Below, piece by piece: positions 34,129 through 45,877 of a stretch of DNA of 47,866 bases; the first letter of the stretch is position 1, and every line of letters begins with the position of its first letter. The position numbers and the translations under genes were made by a program. Source of the DNA: Octopus bimaculoides (lineage: Eukaryota); NCBI RefSeq assembly GCF_001194135.2, contig NC_069004.1, positions 25,065,857-25,113,722 on the forward strand. Direction: 5' to 3'. The notes under the pieces are model-generated. The model was not told where the DNA came from. It saw nothing but the letters and a program-made list of their open reading frames with translations, and ran no database searches.

Positions 34129-34505
34129 AGACATTTTTAAAAAGTGAATCTGTGATATCCAAAGAATATTTTAACTCATTTACTCGCTATTATTCTTAGC
34201 TTCATCTACTTCGTGTTCCACCGTTAATATATACGTACATATGCACACAAATATACACACACACACGCGCACGCACACACATACACGCACGCACACACTC
34301 ACACACACACACACACACACTCACAAACACACATTCATATGAGGTGATTACTCCATGTTCACATATGATACAAGTGTCTTCGGGCTTCGTTGCTGTGAAT
34401 GGCATTTCTGACTTTTCGTCCATGACCTCTCATATGACTATTCACCCCGTTGTAGATTTGCATGGTTTGAGGCGCAGGTGATTGTACTTTTGCACCTGGT
34501 CGAGT

Positions 34506-34562
<57 letters not shown>

Positions 34563-34877
34563 AGCACTATTCNNNNNNNNNNNNNNNNNNNNNNNNNNNN
34601 NNNNNNNNNNNNNNNNNNNNNNNNNNNNNNNNNNNNNNNNNNNNNNNNNNNNNNNNNNNNNNNNNNNNNNNNNNNNNNNNNNNNNNNNNNNNNNNNNNNN
34701 NNNNNNNNNNNNNNNNNNNNNNNNNNNNNNNNNNNNNNNNNNNNNNNNNNNNNNNNNNNNNNNNNNNNNNNNNNNNNNNNNNNNNNNNNNNNNNNNNNNN
34801 NNNNNNNNNNNNNNNNNNNNNNNNNNNNNNNNNNNNNNNNCTAAAGGAGACTACGACAGCGGTACTGGAAATTAATA

Positions 34878-35247
34878 GTTATCGCCAAGCCAACATGGCA
34901 GTCCCAAAATTAGGACGAAAGCTGCCGTGAATTAGCTCCAAGAAGCCATCGCCTCTAGCTAGCTATGTGACACACGAAACCTGTGCCCTTTATAACTTTC
35001 GAACAGAGTGTCAGCAGCGCCGCCTGGCTGGGGCTTGGCTGCTCTGCATTGACAAGGGGCAACACCCTGAAACTAGTCTCCAGATGCCAAACCAGCAGGG
35101 GGACACTGCTGACCTCCCCTGTTCGAAGGTTATAAAGGACACAGGTTTCGTGTGTCACATAGCTAGCTAGAGGCGATGGCTTCTTGGAGCTAATTCACGG
35201 CAGCTTTCGTCCTAATTTTGGGACTGCCATGTTGGCTTGGCGATAAC
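34878..35247. mobile_element. 370-bp foldback MITE with 129-bp TIRs, probable TA TSD
   Basis: 34878-35006 and 35119-35247 match at 127 of 129 positions as reverse complements; TA on both flanks. Confidence 0.92.
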
Positions 35248-35279
35248 TATATATATATATATATATGTATACGTTTGTG

Positions 35280-35475
35280 TGTCTGTGTTTGTGCCCCAAC
35301 ATCGCTTGACAACCGAACCGGTGTGTTTACGTCTCCGTCAATTAGCGGTTCGGCAAGAGAACCGATAGAATAAGTACAAGGCTTACAAAGAATAAGTCCT
35401 GGAGTCGATTTGCTCGACTAAAGGCGGTGCTCCAGCATGGCCGCAGTCAAATGACTGAAACAAGTAAAAGAATAA
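35280..35475 (+). mobile_element. SINE family A, 3' half
   Basis: aacatcgcttgacaaccg..ggccgcagtcaaatgactgaaacaagtaaaag. Confidence 0.9.
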
Positions 35476-35613
35476 AGAATATACATATGACAAACAAGTA
35501 AAAGAATGAAAGAAGATATATATATACATACACGTATGTATATATGTATGTATGTATGTACGCATGAATGAATGTAGGAATGTGTGTTTATATGTATATG
35601 TATTTATATGGTC

Positions 35614-35994
35614 GGCACTCCGTCGTTTACGACGTCGAGGGTTCCAGTTGATCCGATCAACGGAACAGCCTGCTCGTGAAAGTAACCTGCAAGTGGCTGA
35701 GCACTCCACAGACACGTGTACCCTTAGCATAGTTCTCGGGGGAGATTCAGCATGACGCAGAGTGTAACAAGGCTGGCCCTTCGAAATACAGGTACAACAG
35801 AAACAGGAAGTAAGAGTGAGAGAAAGTTGTGGTGAAAGAGTACAGCAGGGTTCGCCACCATCCCCTGCCGGAGCCTTGTGGAACTTGAGGTGTTTTCGCT
35901 CAATAAACACTCACAACGCCCGGTCTGGGAATTGAAACCACGACCCTACGACCGCGAGTCCGCTGCCCTAACTACTGGGGCATTGCGCCTCTAC
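35614..35994 (-). mobile_element. SINE family C, full-length
   Basis: Close match to 4822-5209; 11-bp TSD with one mismatch (35599-35609, 35995-36005). Confidence 0.92.
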
Positions 35995-36189
35995 TGTACT
36001 TATATACTCAACTCACAAACACCTGCGCTGAAAGAGCGAGAGTAGATGTGTGGAGAGTCCAGAGATGGTGCTTCACTTGTAAAATCTTCCCTAACATCTG
36101 GTGGGTGATCTTTTTCTTACTGAGCTCACAGTTTAGAAGAGAAATAATTCTAAGAAAAGTTTCTTGCTGTTCTTTCCTTCAGTTTGAGT

Positions 36190-36492
36190 ATGCTTAGGAT
36201 GTTCGGTTCATGATCGTAAGTTCGAGGGTTCGATTTCTGATGGCGAGTTGTGTCCTTGAACGAGACACTTTATTTCACATTGCCCCAGTCCACTCAGCTG
36301 ACAAAAAAACTTAGTAGTACCTGTAGTCCAAAGGGCCAGCCTTGTCACATTCTGTGTCACGCTGAATCTCCCGGAGAACAACTTTATGCGTATCTGTGGA
36401 GTGCTCAGCCTCTTGCACGTTAATTTCCCGAGCAGTCTAATTTCGATGGTCGGTTCAAAAGGAACCCTTGTCGACGTAACCGACGCAGTGCC
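36190..36492 (+). mobile_element. SINE family C', with the C 3' module and a different 5' module
   Basis: B box gggttcgattt, then gtgtccttgaacgagacactttatttcac; 36317-36492 matches the family C 3' half. Confidence 0.85.
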
Positions 36493-36818
36493 CCCACCTC
36501 GCAAAAACAAACAAAAAACGTTCGAGTTAAATTTTCTTCAGTGTTAGTGGCAATTCTCATTCGTCGAAAGCGACGTCAGAATTTATCACGCACATGTGTG
36601 TGTGTTTGTATATGTGTGCCCATATGTGCATATGTATATATATANNNNNNNNNNNNNNNNNNNNNNNNNNNNNNNNNNNNNNNNNNNNNNNNNNNNNNNN
36701 NNNNNNNNNNNNNNNNNNNNNNNNNNNNNNNNNNNNNNNNNNNNNNNNNNNNNNNNNNNNNNNNNNNNNNNNNNNNNNNNNNNNNNNNNNNNNNNNNNNN
36801 NNNNNNNNNATATATATA

Positions 36819-37745
36819 TTAGGTTTCCCGGAAAGTTCCAAACGTTTTTTAAATGAAAAATGGATATAAGATCTTTTAATAAATTTTATTCAGTGAAATA
36901 ATTTTCATTATTATTAATGACTTTTTCCCATTTATCAGGCAATTTAGATATTCCATCAACATTAAATTTGAGAGGTTTAGAAGAAAAACAGTTATCTAGA
37001 TGCATTTTTGACTACATCTAAATCGTGAAATGTTTTTCCTTGCAAGTGGTAGTCGGTTGGCACAATATCAGGAAAATATGGTGGATGGGATAAGAGATCC
37101 CAACCAAGTTCATGTAACTTTGTTCGGGTAGCCAAAGACAAATGTGGTCGGGCATTGTCTTGTTGGAACACTACCCTTTTCCTGTCGGCAATCTCCAGCC
37201 TCAGTTCTTGGATTTTTTGGTTAAAATTAGCCAACTGACGACAGTGCGCATTAGAATTAATGGTCTTGTTTTGTTGGAGAACCTCATAATAAATAATATA
37301 TTTATGATCCTCAGAAACACAAAGCAAAGCTATTTTGGCATGGATATTCGTCTTTGGTTGCTGTTTTGGAGGATCCTTACGCAAATCCGAGGATCTTTTT
37401 CGCACTAGGTTTTCGTACACGATCCATTTTTCATCTCCAGTCACAAGTTGCTTCAAAAATGGATGCTTTCATTCCGTTTCAAAAGCATATCACAAACAGA
37501 ATACTGGTCCAAGCAATTACTTTCTGAGAGTTTGTGAGAGACCCATACATTATAGCGTGAAATGTATCCTAGCTTCACTAGGTGTTCATGAGCCATACTT
37601 TTAGAAATTTCCATCTCCTCTGAAAGTTTTTTAGTCGAGATATTTGAACTTTCTTCGATTTTTGCCTCTTCATAGGCTCTCCAGCTTGTGTATAGTAGGA
37701 GATGGAGACCTTTGAAGCAAAACCTGGGGTGTGTTCACCTAATAT
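36819..37745 (-). mobile_element. Mariner (DD34D) element relic
   Basis: TA plus ttaggtttcccggaaagttcc ITR-like end, and the transposase remnants listed next. Confidence 0.92.
36890..37740 (-). pseudogene. Mariner transposase pseudogene
   Basis: NVWVSHKL (WVPHEL-like), LVTGDEKWIVY, QQDNARPH, HPPYFPDIVPTDYHL, KLPDKWEKVI; frameshifted. Confidence 0.92.
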
Positions 37746-37807
37746 ATTGTTTATGAAGTTATCTGTTTTGTGCGTACCTACGTGTGTACGCGTGAGACTT
37801 TATGTAT

Positions 37808-37996
37808 GTGTTTGTTTCCCAGCACCGCTTGACAACCAGAGTTGGTTTGTTTACTTACCTGCGACATAGCAGTTCGGCAATAGAGACCGATAGAATAAGA
37901 ACCAGGTTTAGGGGTCGATTCGTTTAACTGAACATTTCCAGGAAGTGCCCCAGGATGGCCGCTATCCAATGACTGAAACAAATGAATGATAAAAGT
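37808..37996 (+). mobile_element. SINE family A, 3' half, diverged
   Basis: cgcttgacaacc..gagaccgatagaataag..ggccgctatccaatgactgaaac. Confidence 0.8.
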
Positions 37997-38487
37997 TAAG
38001 AAGTGTCTTGGGGCTAAATGTGTAAAAACAACGGCGTGATTTGCTTATAATACATTCATTTAATCTCTTCCATCTACATGCTTGTTCCAAATTGAAAGTC
38101 AGACATCAATAATTAAGACTGCAGCAGTAGTTACCATTTCCTCTGCAGGTTGTCCATCTTGTCGTTATGTAATTAAATATCAATAAATTTAATTAACTTT
38201 ACCTGTCCAGTTCTAATTGATTACATGCCGATGTGATTATCTAATCTGCTGTATTATTCTAGTAGAGAAATCGATAGCATGTCAGACTAAATATTGGTCC
38301 CAATTTGTATTATATTGCTGCTCTTATTCTGAGTTCGAATTTCATCACTATAGACTTTGCTTGCATCATCTGAAGGGTCGACAATATAAAGTGCCAATTA
38401 CGTCTGTTTCATTAAGTCTGTATGTGTTCCCTGCACCTGTAAAATTTAATGTACGTTTATATTTGTATGTATATTAGATTAAATTAA

Positions 38488-38703
38488 GGCGGCGAGCTTG
38501 CAGAATTGTTAGCACGCTGGGTGAAACGCTTAGCGGTATTCGGTCTGTCTTTACGTTCTGTGTTCAAATTCCACCGAGGTCGACTTCGCCTTTCATCCTT
38601 TCGGGGTCGATAAATAAAGTACCAGTTGCATACTGGGATCGATCTAATCGACTAGTCCCCTCCCCGAAAATTCCGGGCCTTGTGCCTAGAATAGAAAAGA
38701 ATA
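38488..38703 (+). mobile_element. SINE family B, full-length, tail type 1
   Basis: ggcggcgagcttgcagaattg..gggccttgtgcctagaatagaaaagaat. Confidence 0.92.
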
Positions 38704-38789
38704 CTAAAGTAAATTTTTACCAGTCACCTACTTGGTAGCAAGGTTGTGGAGCAAAGTATTTCGTTTTAACCATCATCCTTTAGACCCTT

Positions 38790-38910
38790 AGAAGGTCTTG
38801 CAGATTCTTCTAGTCCCAGATATTGTGATCATTTGTAGCAAGGGAATTAAGGATTTGCAGTCTCTTCCCAAAATCTCAAGGTCAGTCATACATGCAAAAG
38901 TTTCCTATTC
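38790..38910 (-). mobile_element. RLE-type LINE C-terminal relic
   Basis: Minus strand CMTDLEILG..LIPLLQMITISGTRRICKTF, homologous to the GTVKICKTF end of the 6471-8304 copies. Confidence 0.6.
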
Positions 38911-39218
38911 CTCACGCAAAGATTCTCCACTTCTGGGGGAAAAGCGACGCTGTGAATAATCATTCTTAAGGTACAATGTAGCCGATTGCTAAGAAGCTGA
39001 CACTTCCATAGTATTTAACTGGTACATTATTGACCCCGGAAATAATGAAAAGTAAACATGTCCTTGACAGGATTTGAACACAGAGTGCTGAGAGACGAAG
39101 CAAATAACGACAATTTTTCGTATGCTCTAACAGATTTACACATTCGTAACTTCATCAAATGCATAAACTCTTTATTGAAAAAATTGTTTTTATCTAGTAG
39201 CAATATTAAGAATCAATA

Positions 39219-39412
39219 AGATGGCGAGCCTGAGGAAGCATTTGCACGCTGGGCAAAATGCTTAGCGACATTTTGTCAGTCTTTATATTCCGAGTTCTAA
39301 ATCCCCCAAGGTCGAGGTATTTTCTCATTTCAGGGTCGACAAAATAAGTACCAGTTGAGCACTGCCCCCTCCTCCAAAATTGCCAGCTTCGTGCCAAAAC
39401 AAATATTAAGAA
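39219..39412 (+). mobile_element. SINE family B, diverged, tail type 2
   Basis: atggcgagcc..gggtcgacaaaataagtaccagttgagcac..gtgccaaaa. Confidence 0.75.
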
Positions 39413-39621
39413 TCGGCAGTCACTTTTATTTCTACTTTTTTTTCTATCTTTCCTCTCAAGCTGCCTTTCGCAAAACCTCAACAATGGCAACATTAAGAAC
39501 CACGGACATTAAATTGAAAATATGGTTTAGAATGCTCATACTTTGGTCAGTTTTCAAGCCAGGTAAGTATAAAACAGTTATAATGAATCATCGGTTTTTA
39601 ATCTGAACATTCTGCTATTTA

Positions 39622-39671
39622 TGGTTGTTGTTGTTGTTGGCACTCCGTCGCTTACGACGACGAGGGTTCCA
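39622..39671 (-). mobile_element. SINE family C 3' end, running into a gap
   Basis: gttgttggcactccgtcgcttacgacgacgagggttcca. Confidence 0.85.
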
Positions 39672-39959
39672 NNNNNNNNNNNNNNNNNNNNNNNNNNNNN
39701 NNNNNNNNNNNNNNNNNNNNNNNNNNNNNNNNNNNNNNNNNNNNNNNNNNNNNNNNNNNNNNNNNNNNNNNATATATATATATATGTATAATTTAATGAA
39801 AACAGTATTAATATAAGAGCCACTCATTGTCTTTTGCTATTGAGACACGTATTTAGGAAGATCTCTATAACATTATAAAACACAGCGTTCATTAAATGAT
39901 GTTTATCTCTCACTAGATGGAGTACTCTTTTTGTTGATTCTACTTTCACAGAACAGTAA

Positions 39960-40330
39960 TACCTACCTGCCTACCTACCTACCTACCTACCTACCTACCT
40001 ACCTACCTACATACATACATATATACATACATACATTCATACATACACACATACACACACATATACACCCCATGCATACATACATACCTGCATAGATACA
40101 TATATACACTCACACACCCGTACATACATGCCTGTATACATACACACATATGCATACGTAGATACATATATGCATGCATGCATACATACATAAATACATA
40201 CATACATATATACATACATACATACATGTCTGCATACAGACATATATACATACATGCATACATGCATGCATACATACATACATACATACATGGGTACATA
40301 CATACATACATACATACATACATACATACG
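39960..40330. repeat. (CCTA)n grading into degenerate (CATA)n
   Basis: Directly visible. Confidence 0.95.
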
Positions 40331-40579
40331 TGTATGAACAACAGCGTCACAGATGAGTTGAAGAATCTCAACTTAGGGAGGAATGTGAAACTTTAGAAAA
40401 TGCTTCTGAAACCAGTCTCTCCCAACTGGTCTTTACCTGAGGTACCTTTTGAAACGCAGTATCAAACTGGAATGCTGCATATATAGATGCTCTGATGAGG
40501 CCGTAGGCGTCGGCGTCCCCACCAATCTGCCTAAGAATGGCCTAGGGACAATAAGAGAAAATTAAATGGTCTGATTCCC

Positions 40580-40695
40580 GGCGATATGCAAGAACACCTC
40601 GACAATGAGTTAAGCGCAAACCAACCAGATACCATTATAAAAAACAAGAAACCCAGGTCTTGCACTTTAATTAATGTGGTTTGCTATATGACACG
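40580..40695 (+). mobile_element. R4/Dong-type RLE relic
   Basis: DMQEHLDNELSANQPDTIIKNKKPRSCTLINV resembles the ANRPDIVI..C.LIDV nuclease motif. Confidence 0.6.
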
Positions 40696-41775
40696 CTCTC
40701 TTGAAGGTATATGGATCCCTCTACATGTTAAGAACAGCAGAAGTTATGTCGCATTCATCCTCATCTATTCCTGGATAAATTCTTCGGGCAAAGATGCACT
40801 ACTTTTTGTCATACACCAATTCCAGGCATCTTTCTTTCCACAACCTACATCCATTGTTTCTCTTTGGTTTGCAACGCCAACAAAGATGAATTGTTTTTTG
40901 TCGTGATGCTGCTAATATTAAGGTCATATATAGCTTCACCTTTTTACTTGAGAAATTCTCGCTGCCTATGTTTATCTTCCACTTGCTTTATTGTTACATT
41001 TTTTTCTCTTTAGATTTTTTAAAACTTGTTCTTGCGTGTTTCAGAATCAGAAACCACCATATTTAAATCATAAATACCTAAGCCAAAATAAGTGTCTGTA
41101 AAAAGTGCGTGTACAATGAAAATGTCTATGGACAAACTTTTGTTACGTATGTTTAATGTAGTAAACGTTCAAATGATCCGAAGCTCTTTGTTGGTAAAAA
41201 GAACTATGAAGAAAAAAAAAACTGTTGCTTCAAAATGATAACCATGGAAGAACCGTGCTTCAAAACGATGACCATGGAACAACCATTTTCACAGAAACAA
41301 CAAAAATTCAAAGAACAGTAATAAGCTTACATTAACGATAATCTTGGATATATTATTATTGTTTGACAGAATCGTTAAATCGTCAGAGAAAGTGCTTTGA
41401 TGTCATTGCTCCGACTCTTTATGTACTGAATTAAACTTTGCCCGTCATCCCTACGGGGTCGATAAAATGCAGTGCGAGTCAAGTTGCGGAATGCTGGCTT
41501 TGTTTCTAAAATAGAAACAACTGCTATTCTAAATAGAAACAACTGCTATTGTTGTTGTTGCCCACTGAGAACAGTCACGCTTCTCACAAGCCCGCTGAAA
41601 ATATATTTTTCTCAGGATTGCCTTGTGAAAAATAACATTCCCATTTGTTATCAAAGTCTCAAAAAAGAATGGCAGGGGTGGGTTGCAGAAAATATCGAAT
41701 GTCATACGGACTTGTAAAAGGGAATTCTCAAATAATGGAAGACAGAAGTTCACCGGGTTATGATCCTGCAAATTA

Positions 41776-43660
41776 CACGAAAGAACATGGTCTTTTGCTG
41801 ACTGGTGTTGGAGACATATTTCTTAGTAATTTCGAGTGCTGAGTGCAAAAATGAAGTCCATTTTGCACTATCACGTCAAGATTTTTCAACTCAAATGTCC
41901 ATTTTTTAGCATCTCCAGTATTATTACCTTTGTTAAGGATAGATTTAACTTCAAAATATAGACCCATGTGAGGAGCTTAACATAACTTCGAAAATGTAGT
42001 TTTTCAATACCCTCTAAAGTAAATGAAACTACAAAAAGGAAAACGAAAGTCATGGCTTAAGTATTTTCATTAAATAAAAAGCATCAAACTTGAGCACATT
42101 TTAATGTTTTAATTCTGGCTTTATACATTTAGATTTTAGTAAACAACACATTTCTGTGGCCCTTGACACCACACATATCTCATATTTGTGGAATTTGTCT
42201 GCAGATATACTTGCGTTGTGCTTCATTTAGTGTGACTATCAGGTGAGACATGTTTTGGTGAACATTTAATTATTTCTTATGAAAACTGGTATTTTGAGTG
42301 CGATCTGAATGTGTTAATTATGAGGTCACATAGCACAAGTTCACCTTTTATCAAGCATTGTCAAAGAACTGTAGAAAGAACTTCATGGAATGTATGCCCT
42401 TTGCCATCACAAATTTGCATTTGCTTACTTTATAACTGTTGACAATTCTGAGAATGCTTTTCCTAGGATGCAACTAGCTTGAATATATGTTCTGTATTTC
42501 AAAAATATGACCAGTTGTGAGAAAAGAAAATACAAACCTGCCCCGGTGTCTTCTGTTATATTTGTGGATGTTACACTTTACTTAGGCAAGGAAACAAAAC
42601 TACACATCTTGTGAAGAAAGCTTACTTTTCTTAGACATGAAACTGAGCGATCAAGGCAAAACCTGGGCACCTCATGTGATGTCTAAAACATGTGTTGAAA
42701 CACATCGAGTGACTGTTACAAATACTTAAGGAGAAGGTTTCCAGCTCTGTTTACTGAGAAAATAAAATTGGTGTATTTGACGGGTTACAGATTAGGTCGC
42801 TATTGCAAGGCAAGCAGATTTTGGAAATCATGTCTGTCGTTGAAAAAGACGCATGGAATACTACTGTTGCAGTTGTGTCTGATTTTCACGGAAGCAGGAA
42901 GTCATCAAATTAGGAAGAACTTGTGCACACCCCATTAGCAAGTCTTCGAGCAGTGGGTTGAAGAACTTGTGCACACCCCATTAGCAAGTCTTCGAGCAGT
43001 GGGCTGCAGCACGAATGTAAAAGTGTACAGACATATGGACGATTTCCTTGAAAATCTTAGTGCAATAAGTGTTGAGGAAGAAGAAAGATTCCAGCAAGGC
43101 ATCAAGGCAATGAAGACTAGATATCAAGTCAGGTGAAATACAAACATGATGTCTGAATCGGCTGCTCTCTGCAAACAGACTGTCGTAACGCAGGTTATTC
43201 AAGCCAAGCAGTAAACAGAAAGTTCACTCCTCGGGTAGTTGAAACTCCAGTTTGACAGAAATATCTAACCTAAGATGTGTATTTAAACATTTTGGGTAAT
43301 ATATCTGTTAAACAATGAAGCATGTTATTTGGTTTGTGTTAGTTTCTTATTTTCGGGTAATAGAAAATTTCTGGGGGCATTTCTGACTCCAGCACTAATC
43401 AAATTAGGTAGGACTAATTAGAAAAGGCAAGACAAATACATTTGTTTTCGAAAAGGCTCTCCAGTGTTATCAATAAAATAATAGAAGCAGCTGACTTTCG
43501 GGCAAACAATACAATTGTCCTTACTCAGCGAGTAAACTATAGAGAAATACTTGAAATGATAGTAGAAAACTGTAATTTTGAAATCAGCATGCCAATTATA
43601 GTCTAAATGAAATGAAAAAGGAAACTCAAATGAAATTATGTTGAAAATTGTTACGCTGTG
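41776..43660 (+). mobile_element. Chapaev3-like (CMC) DNA transposon, both ends present, internally deleted
   Basis: 5'-CAC...GTG-3' termini, TTA on both flanks (41773-41775, 43661-43663), imperfect TIRs sharing tgctga..caaaa..ctatca..tcaag. Confidence 0.75.
42507..43238 (+). pseudogene. Chapaev3-like transposase pseudogene
   Basis: VFCYICG..KLSDQGKTWAPHV..TC (zinc-finger region), EKIK.GVFDGLQIR, FLENLSAISVEEEERFQQGIKAMKTRYQ (GERFHQDI..RYQG-like); frameshifts and a large deletion. Confidence 0.8.
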
Positions 43661-43769
43661 TTATAAACCTGTGAAGTTAAACACTGAAAGGTAGGTTAAA
43701 TAATAATGATAATAATAAAAATGATAAAAATAATAATAATAATAATAACAACAACAACAACAATAATAA

Positions 43770-43973
43770 TAATAGTTCTTTCTACTATAGGCACAAGCCC
43801 TGAAAGTTTTGAGGGGAAGAGTAGTCAATTACTTGGACCTCAACGTTTAACTGTTACTCATTTCATCGAAGCTGAAACGACGAAAGACAGTTTCACAAAA
43901 TAACACAAACATGAACGAAATGCTGCTAAGCATTTTATCAGGTTTGCTAACGATTCTGCCAGTTCAGCGCCTT
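43770..43973 (-). mobile_element. SINE family B, diverged, tail type 1
   Basis: ttctttctactataggcacaag..gctaacgattctgccagttc. Confidence 0.75.
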
Positions 43974-43974
43974 G

Positions 43975-45420
43975 ATGACAATGATGATGATGATGGTGGT
44001 GGTGGTGGTGGTGGTGGTTATGATGATGATGATGATGATGATGATGATAATGATGATGATGATGATGGTTGATGATGGATGATGATGGATGATGATGGGT
44101 GATGATGAATGATGATGGATGATGATGGATGATGGATGATGATGGATGATGGATGATGGATGATGATGGAAGTATAATGATGGATGGATGATGGATGATG
44201 ATGGATGGATGATGGATGATGGATGATGGATGATGGATGGATGATGGATGGATGATGGATGGATGATGGATGGATGACGGATGGATGGTGGATGGATGAT
44301 GGATGTTGATTGATGATTGATGATTGATGATTGATGCTGGATGATTAATGATGGATGATTGATGATGGATGATGGATGATTGATGAATGGTGATTGATGA
44401 TGGATGGTTGATCATTGATGATGGATGCTTAATGATTGATGATTGATGATTGATGATTGATGATTGATGATTGATGATTGATGATAATGATGATGGTGGA
44501 TGATTGATGATGGATGATTGATGATTGATGACGGATGCTTGATGACGGATGATTGATGATGGATGATTGATGATGGGTGATTGATTATTGATGATTGATG
44601 GTGGATGATTGTTGATGGATGACTGNNNNNNNNNNNNNNNNNNNNNNNNNNNNNNNNNNNNNNNNNNNNNNNNNNNNNNNNNNNNNNNNNNNNNNNNNNN
44701 NNNNNNNNNNNNNNNNNNNNNNNNNNNNNNNNNNNNNNNNNNNNNNNNNNNNNNNNNNNNNNNNNNNNNNNNNNNNNNNNNNNNNNNNNNNNNNNNNNNN
44801 NNNNNNNNNNNNNNNNNNNNNNNNNNNNNNNNNNNNNNNNNNNNNNNNNNNNNNNNNNNNNNNNNNNNNNNNNNNNNNNNNNNNNNNNNNNNNNNNNNNN
44901 NNNNNNNNNNNNNNNNNNNNNNNNNNNNNNNNNNNNNNNNNNNNNNNNNNNNNNNNNNNNNNNNNNNNNNNNNNNNNNNNNNNNNNNNNNNNNNNNNNNN
45001 NNNNNNNNNNNNNNNNNNNNNNNNNNNNNNNNNNNNNNNNNNNNNNNNNNNNNNNNNNNNNNNNNNNNNNNNNNNNNNNNNNNNNNNNNNNNNNNNNNNN
45101 NNNNNNNNNNNNNNNNNNNNNNNNNNNNNNNNNNNNNNNNNNNNNNNNNNNNNNNNNNNNNNNNNNNNNNNNNNNNNNNNNNNNNNNNNNNNNNGGATGA
45201 TGGATGATTGATGATTGATGATGGATGATTGATGATGGATGAAGGATGATGATGATGATGATGATGGATGATGGATGATGGATGATGGATGATGGATGAT
45301 GATGGATGATGGTAGATGATGGATGATGCTGGATGATGGATGATGGAGGATGATGGATGATGGCGGATGATGGATGATGGTGGATGATGGATGATGGTGG
45401 ATGATGGATGATGATGGATG
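43975..45420. repeat. ~1.4-kb compound GAT/GGT then GATGGAT/GATTGAT satellite, spanning a gap
   Basis: Directly visible. Confidence 0.95.
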
Positions 45421-45656
45421 AAAAGGCTGAACGATATTGGAATTGAGATTCGCATTGTCAACATGCAGAAAAGTCCCGACTTCTATTCGTCAAAAATCCT
45501 TGGGATTTGAGAAAACTTGTCACCAGACAGCAGTTCTGCTAATATAACATATCACAGTTTTAATAATACTAATATACGAAGCAAATTATATACTACTCTA
45601 TTAACATTACATATTGTACCTGTTTTACAGAAAAAAATATTATTAATAAACGCTAA

Positions 45657-45875
45657 GGTTAGCAGAATTGTTAGCACACTGGATAAAATACTTAACAGCA
45701 TTTAGTCCTCTTTACATTCTGATTTCAAATTCCGCCGAGGTCGACTTTACCTTTATCCATTCTGGGTCAATAAAATAAAGTACCAGTGACACACTGGTGT
45801 CGATGTAATCGACTAGTCCTATCTCCCAAAATTTTAAGCCTTTTGCCTTTGGTAGAAAGGATTATTATTATTATT
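45657..45875 (+). mobile_element. SINE family B, tail type 1
   Basis: ttcaaattccgccgaggtcgac..ggtagaaagg(att)5. Confidence 0.85.
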
Positions 45876-45877
45876 AA

